Assembly (NCBI GenBank): GCA_964016885.1
Contig: OZ024754.1
Span: 14,942,001 to 15,006,000 of the forward strand
From: Eledone cirrhosa
Lineage: Eukaryota
Direction: 5' to 3'
Length of the DNA stretch: 64,000 bases
The notes below the pieces were generated by a model. It was not told the DNA's origin. It made no database searches and saw nothing but the letters and a program-made list of their open reading frames with translations. Positions 55,189 to 64,000 of this stretch are shown one piece after another. The stretch's first letter is position 1. The number at the start of each line of letters is the position of its first letter. The position numbers were made by a program, and so were the translations under genes.

Positions 55189-57026
55189 CAAAGAACCGTG
55201 TATAAATGATCCCAGCGTAGTTCATTTAAATAGTATTAACACTTTTATTTGTGTCATATGGATCTTAACACAGATCTATATCGTTTGATCTTAACATATA
55301 TACTTGTACAGGTTCATCTTATCACAGGAATCCTTTGTACAACACAATTTTACCACAGTCCATCTTTGTATATATAATACACTACCATACCACAGCTCTT
55401 AATTACACAATCACCTCACCAATTCTATACATGCTGCCAAATGATATACAACAATCTCTTATCATTCTATGCCGTATGCAGTGATATTAACACAGCTCTA
55501 TATCCAAACCAATCCAATCCAATCCAGCACCTTCTCACTCTTGTTTGAGGAACACCTCCCTGGTTGATCTTCATCCCTTTCTTTGGTTATGGTTATGTCA
55601 TAGATGTGGTTATGGTTATGTCATAGATGTGGTTATGGTTATGTCATAGATGTAACTGTACTCACCACTTTTGGCCAATTGCAGGATAGTGAAGCTATTT
55701 AACCCATAGTTGGGGTGGATGATCGTTGACTCTGACAAGTTCATCTGCCCTTTTAACAGCTCTTGTTGTTTTGTGTTGCTGAGGTTCGACATACCCCTCT
55801 TCACCAGACCAGAGAACCTGTTTAGTTGCCAACCACCTGACCATGAAGCAGGTTGTACTGGATTACATAGTACTGGTAGCAGACAGAAGCCTGACCTGAC
55901 AATAACATTTCTATATATGAAGTCTGAAATGATCACAGTTTAATGTAATAATTGTTTCTACTTTTGGCACAAGGCCAGCAATTTCCCAGTGTATTACTGG
56001 TACTTTATTTTATCGACCCCGTAAGGATGAAAGGCAAAGTTAACCTCGGCGGGATTTGAACTCAGAATGGCAAGGGCCGTAACTCTATGCATCAAAGCAT
56101 GGCGTCCGACCCTCTACCGATACTGCCAATTCACTAAACAGTTTAATGTAATAATATGACCACAACTGCCATATGATGCAGTTTATCTGATGTGAATATA
56201 GTGAGGCAAATTCATCTACCTTGGAGAGAGATTCATCTGCTTTTTACAAACATTAAATGATGATGATGATGAGCAGGATGATAACGAGCATCAAAATTAA
56301 TATAGTTATGGCATTGTATAGTTAGTAACTATATGATGAAATAAGCAGAAGACATCAAATATATAAACAATTAAATAAATGAAAACAAAAGAGAGCAGAA
56401 ATTTACACAAATAAAGATGGAGTAAAATAGCGAAGGACTATAAAGGCAAAATTAAAATAGAATTTCAAAGTAAACCTCATTAGTTTCGAACTCAGGGTGA
56501 CATAGTGATGGGGATGTAAAGGACTAAGTAAAACGTTATTTGAGATAAATCAATAATTGTTTCTACTTTTGGCACAAGGCCTGCAATTATCCCAGTATAT
56601 TACTAGTGCTTTATTTTATCGACCCCCGTAAGGATGAAAAAAGCCAACATTTTGTGAGGATGGAAAAGTCTGTTACATCAACCCCAGCACATGACAGGTA
56701 CTTTATTTTATCAACCCCATAAGGATGAAAGGCAAAGTTAACCTTGGTGGGATTAGAACTCAGGATGTAGAGAGCAATAATTAACTGCCACTCTAGTGGT
56801 TCTACTATTCCTCCATCCTTTAGATAAATAAATAATAAAAGTTAAGTTTGTTTTTGAAAAATTTGGACCAGATTCTTGCTTCAATCACGGACATTGATAT
56901 ATATTCAGGGGCTGATTATTTGATGAGCCCCAATCTCAGTAGTTTGGAAGAGCCTACAAAATGTTGTTGGTTCTGACTCTCCCAACCTCTTTAACCAAGT
57001 TTTAAAAAATAACTTCAAATAAAAAT

Positions 57027-57058
<32 letters not shown>

Positions 57059-59987
57059 GAAAAAATATCTAAAAACACATTTTATAAAGATGGCGAGTTA
57101 TAAATGTCAAATTATTAAGTAATAAATTATTAAGTACTAAATTATTAAGTACTAAATTATTAAGTACTAAATTGACAAAGTCTTTAGAGGGACAAAATAC
57201 TTGTTTCAGTTCTTGACCCTCTGAGGTCAAATGCTGTCACAGTCATCTTTGCTTTTCATCCTGCTTGGGTTTAGCGAGATAGATTGTTGGAATTGTTACA
57301 GCGTTTGGTGAGATGCCTTGTGGTATTTGTTCCTACCCTTTGTATTCTGAGTTGAAATCACCTTGTAGTTTTCTTAGGTATCAGACTTAATCTGTCACCC
57401 AGTTTAACACCACCACCTGTACCTTGGGTGCTGCTTGAGGGTTCCAGTCTGCAGCATACATTAGGAATAACTAAAAAAATAAATATAGCTTTCTTTAGTT
57501 GAGACATATAATTTACTTATCATTAAGTACTTGTGGTGAGGTTAGTACAAGGTGAGACGAGTTTACACACAGTTACTGAGTACATTTAGTTTCAGTTATT
57601 TCATGTTTCCTTGAAGATGGCATGAATATTATCACATCATTTTATTTCTATCTTTATATATATATGAAATATATGATAAACTGGCATATATCTTCCTAGG
57701 TACTCTTAGATACTGAGGGATCTTTCTTTATTGAATACAACCACAAATTTAGGCAACAATATATATATATATATATATATATAAAGATTAAGAAGCACTA
57801 AAAATCGATATGCTATAAAACACGTTTCAGCCAATAAAGCTTCGTCCCGAGGATGTGAAGTTACAAAATCAGAAATTTTATAATTTTAAAAAAAAATTTT
57901 TTTTCAGAAAAATTATAATCAAAATTTCCTTAAGGTTAAACAATGCAAAAATAGTCTGTAAGATGAGGTAACAAAAAAGTAAGTTACCTGATAATCTTTG
58001 TTTTGCCTTTGTTAAAAACCTTCAAAGCACAGGCATTGCTTGTTCAGGATATGTTACAGGTTTGTGTGGCTGGCGGTAGCCTAAAAGTGCACCAAACTCC
58101 ATAATCTGGCAAGCGATTGCAATACTCTTAGCAGAGTTTGCAGCAATCATGTATATATGCATGCATACATGTATATAAAGGTAGTTGTCCCTAAACAGAA
58201 GAGAAGCCAATGACTAGAATAAACAGGGACAATGATGAGTTGATATAGTTTCATATGAAGTGATGAGAGATCAAGCACTGATCAATGAGATTAACAGATG
58301 TATATAGAAATAAAGAATCATTAAAAACAAAGGAGGATCATGTGTCTAAATTATTCCTCTCTAAACAATTCATAATGCCCTGAGTTCTATTCCTGGACTG
58401 GGTTGCGTGTTGTGTTCTTAAGCGAAACACTTCATTTCACATTGCTCCAGTATACTCAGCATCCTGTCCAGGGAGGAGTCTTGTACTCTCAGTCACTTCA
58501 TGCTATGGAAACTGGAATAAGTACCAGCCTGATGAGCCTCCGGACCCAAGACAGGCTTTAGATTTAGAATAAACAATTCTATTTTTCTTTGCAAAACAAT
58601 GTAAAATATTGGTGGATGTTTTTTTTGTTTTTTCTTTGCTGTACGTGTTGTATGGCAAAGGGTATGCTTCACTGGTGAGGTCAGTATAACATCTAAACAT
58701 AACATGAGTTATCTCACATACTTGCCGATGAAAAATGAAAATGATATTCCCCAATGAGCTAATATTGCTTTTATGTACCTTATGAGGGGTAGATGTTAAT
58801 TGATTAAATGAACCCTAGGACTTGATTGGTATTTATTTTATCAATGTTAGGATGATGGAAAACAAAGTTGAACTCAGATTTAAAATTGGGAGGTAAGGCG
58901 ACTGAACATATACTGCAAGACGTTCTAGCTGACGCGCAGATTATTACTATTATTATTAGGTTAAGCCGTAGAATCAGTATAGCCTTGTAGGATTTGCTTT
59001 ACTTTACGTACTAAGTTCAAATCCCACCAGGGCCCTCTTTATCTTTCATCTTTCCAAAGTCGATGAAATAAAATAACTGTCATATACTAAGACAAATATA
59101 ATCAACTTATCCATTGCGTCAAATTAGAGGCCTTGTGCCCATGAAATATCTCACTATTACTCTTAACACTAACATAATATATAGTGAGCCAGATGTTAAG
59201 TTACATCTCTTTATGTTGTGAGTTCAAGCCTGGAACTAACTTTGTCTTCCGTTCTTCTAGGGTTTAATAAAATAAATACTAATCAAGTACTGTGGATCAT
59301 TTAACTATTTTCATACCACCCAATCCCAAACTACCTCTGGTTCTATGAAACAAAACCACCCATTTTAAAGGATTTTGTATTTAAATTAAAATCTTCCACT
59401 ATAATTTTTATGAGAACCATAAGTTTATGAGAACCATTGAGTTATGTTTCAAACACCATTTCAATTTTGACAGTAGATTAGCAGAATTGGAAGAGTGTCA
59501 GCTGAAATGCCATTATGGTATTTTTTCTGACCCTTTATATTCTGAGTTCAAATCCCACCAAGGTCAAATTTGTCTTTCATTTTTCCGGGGTTGATAAAAT
59601 AATGCACCAGTAAAATACTGAGGTGTGTTTAATCAACCTCTCCCTTATCTCAAATTTAGTGGGCTTGTGTCTAAATTAGAAATCAATTAGGAAATAATTG
59701 ATAAGCTAAGTAAATGCCTTCAAAATCCTCATTACAGAATGTTTACTAATGTTAAATATAATCTGTAATAATTGTTTCTACTTTAGGCACAAGGCCAGCA
59801 ATTACCCAGTGCATTACTGGTATCTGTAATAATGCCATTCTGATTGTCATAACATGAATTCGAATGTGACACTTTCAAAGAGAAATAACCACATCTTCAC
59901 CTGGATTGCTATTCATATCAGTTGCAGTCAGAGTCAGAAAGTCAGGTGATTAAAGCAGCTGGGCTCACATTTTTTTAAACATAGCTT

Positions 59988-60160
59988 TCAAGCTAGATCC
60001 ACAATTGGAGTAGGTGAAAGGTTAGCAGGAATTTTGTGGTATATTTCCATCATGAAGTCACTCATCTCGTTCAATCCATTGAGGACGAAAGACCCTTTGC
60101 TCCATAGCTCGTAGATTTCGAGAATTATGAAGACACCATTGATTTGTAAGCCATCAAAGA
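59988..60160 (-). CDS. putative terminal exon of an unknown convergent gene (VFDGLQINGVFIILEIYELW...DLA*)
   Basis: ttctctccag| acceptor, non-repetitive open frame to TGA, phase 1 compatible with candidate exon 62065..62139. No homology recognised. Confidence 0.4.
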
Positions 60161-60562
60161 CTGGAGAGAATATCACACACACGCAGACACACAAACATAT
60201 TCGCACAAATTAACACGTGGACACACACACACACATACACATATATATATTATTTTATATAGAAATGGCTTCTACAGGACTAGAACTGTTTCATTCGAAG
60301 GAAATCATCAAGGCTTTCCTGATGATTTCCTTCAAATAAAACAGTTCTAGTCCTGTAGAAGCTACTTGTATATTAAATATTGTATATACTCTACTATGTA
60401 TTGAGTACCTTATTTACTGTCGTTACCCTCGATTGAACCTGGGATACACACACACCTATATATATATATAAAATCAAAAGTTTAACAAGGTTCATTGATT
60501 AATCAATGAATAAAGTTTTACAATAGATTAGAAGCACTCAACAAAGAGGTTTTCTGGAGTTA

Positions 60563-61145
60563 TTAATATTACTTCAAAATATAAATAAATATAGACATTC
60601 ATGTGATCAAATATATTTTATTATACATATTTCAGAGGTACTGAGCTATTTCATCAGTACGTCCTCATCAGATAAAATAAATTGATGTCTGACATACCTC
60701 AACTGTCAAGACTGCCAAGACTGGAATTGAACCATCAGCACAGTTGAGGTATGTCAGGCATCAATTTATTTTATCTGATGAGGACGTACTGATGAAATAG
60801 CTCAGTACCTCTGAAATATGTATAATAAAATATATTTGATCACATGAATGTCTATCATCATCATCATCATCATCATCAGGTTTAGCGTCCGTGTTCCACG
60901 CTTGCATGGGTTTGGACGGGGGTTTTCCCACTTGAGGCAGGAGTGGTTGTCTTGCTCGCATAGGACTGTCTGGCGGGTTTTCAACAGTTGGATGCCCTTC
61001 CTAACACCAACCACATTTACAGTGTGGGGCTGGGAGGTTTTTACCGTGTTGCCTACACGGCCACATTACAGCGTGGACTGTCTGGCGGGTTTTCTACAGC
61101 TGGATGCCCTTCCTAACATTTATTTATATTTTGAAGTAATATTAT
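60563..61145. repeat. HHR-bearing palindrome whose right arm is interrupted by a SINE (60856..61117)
   Basis: Arms 60591..60855 pair. 61118..61145 pairs with 60563..60590. Confidence 0.85.
60767..60832 (+). ncRNA. type I hammerhead (mirror copy at 60614..60679 on minus)
   Basis: UAUUUUAU-CUGAUGA-GGAC-GUACUGA/UCAGUAC-CUCU-GAAA-UAUGUAU-A-AUAAAAUA. Confidence 0.85.
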
Positions 61146-62064
61146 ATATATATATAAAACAAAAGAACTGCTTACCAGAGAGTTTGAGTGGCAGTCTCCT
61201 TTGAATTGTATAGCATAAATATCCAAGCAGGAGAATATGGTATATAGGTCCAGAAGAGATCACAGAGTTTTATTTTTCTTGGTGTAATACTTGCTTATAT
61301 ATATATATATATATTTATCATCATTTCATTCATCATCATTTCATTTTACGTCCGCTTTTTCCCTGCTTGCAAGGATGGGACGGGAACTGATTCTGGCTTG
61401 ATTTCTACAGCTGGATGCCCTTCCTAACACCAACCTCATTTAGAGTGAGTGCTGAGTGTTTTTTTGCCGTGGCACCTCCACAACCACTTTGCAGTCGAAT
61501 GATATGGACTCCAGTCCCTATCATCTCATTTCTACAGCTGTGTAAACTGGAGCAATGTGAAATAAAGTGTCTTGCTCAAGGAAACAACACATCACCCGGT
61601 CTGAGAATTGAACTCACAACCTTTCGATTGCAAGGCCAATGCTCTAACCACTAAGCCATGTGCCTTCATTATATATATATATATGCATGTGTGTATAGGT
61701 GATTATAATGGTGTATTCCACTATTACTTTTGGTAAGGTGAGAGAAGCTTAATGCCCAGTAGAAATCCTTAGCTCGTAAAGAATTCAAAATGAAGTTTTT
61801 GTCGAGGATGGTATATATATTCTTCTATCAAATCTACCCTTCTATGGCAACAATGATCATAAAAGTATCCCGTATCTCCAGCTTTCCGTCCTGTGTGTAT
61901 TAGGGTGTCAATGGTGGTTAACTTTTGTTCCGTCCTATGTTCTTCGATTTAATTCCAAGACTCATTGAGTAACACAATTGGGCCTTAGTCGGGTACAATT
62001 AGCTGTGGCTAAAAGGGAGATTTCAGTGGAGTAATTGGTTCAGGAACATACCCTAAATAAATAC

Positions 62065-62139
62065 CTGTGCCTTTGCCAGTCCAAGTATCGAGTGGGATCA
62101 GTTCCGCATGGATAGTTCCCTTTTCATTACACTTGTTTT
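62065..62139 (-). CDS. putative penultimate exon of the same gene (NKCNEKGTIHAELIPLDTWTGKGT)
   Basis: acacag| and ag|gtattt, 75 nt, phase 1-1. The polypyrimidine tract is weak. Confidence 0.3.
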
Positions 62140-62809
62140 CTGTGTGTGTATCTGCTTGCGTACGTGTATGTGTGAAAATGTGTATGTGTATGTGTGTGTG
62201 TGTGTGTGTGTGCAAGCCAGCAGGAACCATCCTCATGGTCATTCTAACTGTTTGAAATAGCAGCTAAATTCCATCCAATCACTCACGTCTTGAAACAAAC
62301 CGGAAGGAAGGAGACGTTAGACAACGTCGTAGTGTTAGTATACTGTAATGAGTTGGTCAACGGTAGAATGCCTTTGACCATGTGTTTGCTTGATCAGGAC
62401 TCAACTCAGAGCTACACAGCAATTTGTATGTAAGAGTATGTGTGTGAAATCTTTTAACGGAAACACAAACTTCATAACATCGATTTCTGGTGCCTTAAAT
62501 ATGTCGTGAAAAATAGACTTGGTTAGAATTAAAATTATCTCAGTCACCAAACTTAAACCAATTTTCTGTTGGGAATTGTCGTTCAATAATTCGTGAGAAA
62601 AATGTCAATATCCTGCAGCAAATCTTGGTAGTTACTGCTCTTTACATTCTGGTTAGTTTAGTTCCTAACCATGTGTTTTGGGATTGAGTTCCACACACAC
62701 ACACACACATGTATGTATGTATATATATGTATACATTATATATATATATATGTGTGTGTATGTATATATATATATATGTATACATTATATATATATATAT
62801 ATGTGTGTG

Positions 62810-62878
<69 letters not shown>

Positions 62879-63437
62879 ACATTATATATATATATGTGTG
62901 TATGTATACATTATATATATATATAAAGAGAGAGAGATTTGATAGAGTCGTTAGACCGTCGGATAAAAAGCTTTGTGGTACTCGTTTTCGCTTCCTGTGC
63001 TTTGCCTTTCGAAGTCGATAAAAGACGTACCAATCAATTCTTTAAGTATGTATAAAAACAATCTCTACTCATTAAACACACACATACACACACTCACACA
63101 CATATATATATACCAACACGTACAGGTATGTTTTTGTCTTTTGTTTCTGTTTATCTTCTGTTTTAGTTCTTTTTTTTTTTCTTTACGAAGATGAAATGGG
63201 CCATAATTTTGACCTATGTCTATTGTGACACCAACATTTTTCCGACACCAAGTTTACACATTTCTGATGTTTAGCAGGGATTTCATGGAAAAATAACGAA
63301 TGTGTATGTACACCCTTGGTATCAACCAATGGAATGTAACTCTGTCAGTTTTAAGGATAAGGGTTTCAGTTGTTCAACTAAAAGAACACATTTCAGGAAA
63401 CTCCGAGTAACTAGGAAGGTATCCACCAGTTTACATG

Positions 63438-63529
<92 letters not shown>

Positions 63530-64000
63530 GCGTACATACAAACACACATAGCTTGCTTCGGGAAACTCCGACTACCTACGAACGTATACGCCAGTTTACA
63601 TGCATTATATCTATATATATAGAGAGAGAGGCGGTGGATTGGCAGTATCGGTAGAGGGTCGGACGCCATGCTTTCCAGCATAGTTACGTCCCTTTACGAT
63701 CTGAGTTCAAATCCCGCCGAGGTTGACTTTGCCTTTCATCCTCACGGGGTCGATAAAATAAAGTACCAGTAATGCACTGGGTGATTGCTGGCCTTGTGCC
63801 TAAAGTAGAAACAATTATATCTCTCTATATATATATATTCTGTGTTTATCGTTATTGTGGTGGTTTTTCTTGGTGTCACACTTTCTAACTGTTGTGTTTA
63901 CTTTGGACGATAATGTATTAACATAACCACTCTATCGAGTGCTTTGTGATTGCCTCAAACAACTACCTGCTATATGGCAGCTACAACTTCGATTCATACC

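Noticed and set aside
58525-58560. CUGAUGAG motif as a hammerhead
   Set aside because: No GAAA-stem III-NUH follows, and it lies in a SINE-like tail.

Overview
AT-rich, microsatellite-saturated animal genomic DNA. The SINE families and (TA)n/(CA)n density suggest a coleoid cephalopod such as Octopus (inference). The main gene is a + strand receptor tyrosine kinase, 5'-incomplete. I reconstructed 14 GT-AG exons (37..51261) whose phases join into an 829-aa open frame: a Cys-rich stub, FN3-like ectodomain modules, a TM helix, a Ret/FGFR-type kinase and a C-tail. A possible convergent gene ends at about 59988. The introns hold tRNA-derived SINEs, RTE, Tx1/L1 and Dong/R4 LINE remnants, mariner and hAT MITEs, and satellites. 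The most striking signal is non-coding. About ten unrelated small element families sit in (TA)n tracts and carry type I hammerhead ribozyme (HHR) folds, many with a palindromic stem III. They occur either as fold-back palindromes whose apex often maps onto an HHR stem, or as 631-nt and 705-nt terminally redundant monomers resembling retrotranscribed circular RNAs. Several families share a GAGTRC motif near the 3' junction. This looks like a diverse Penelope-like/retrozyme system that targets TA microsatellites. All folds were assigned by eye and no activity is demonstrated.
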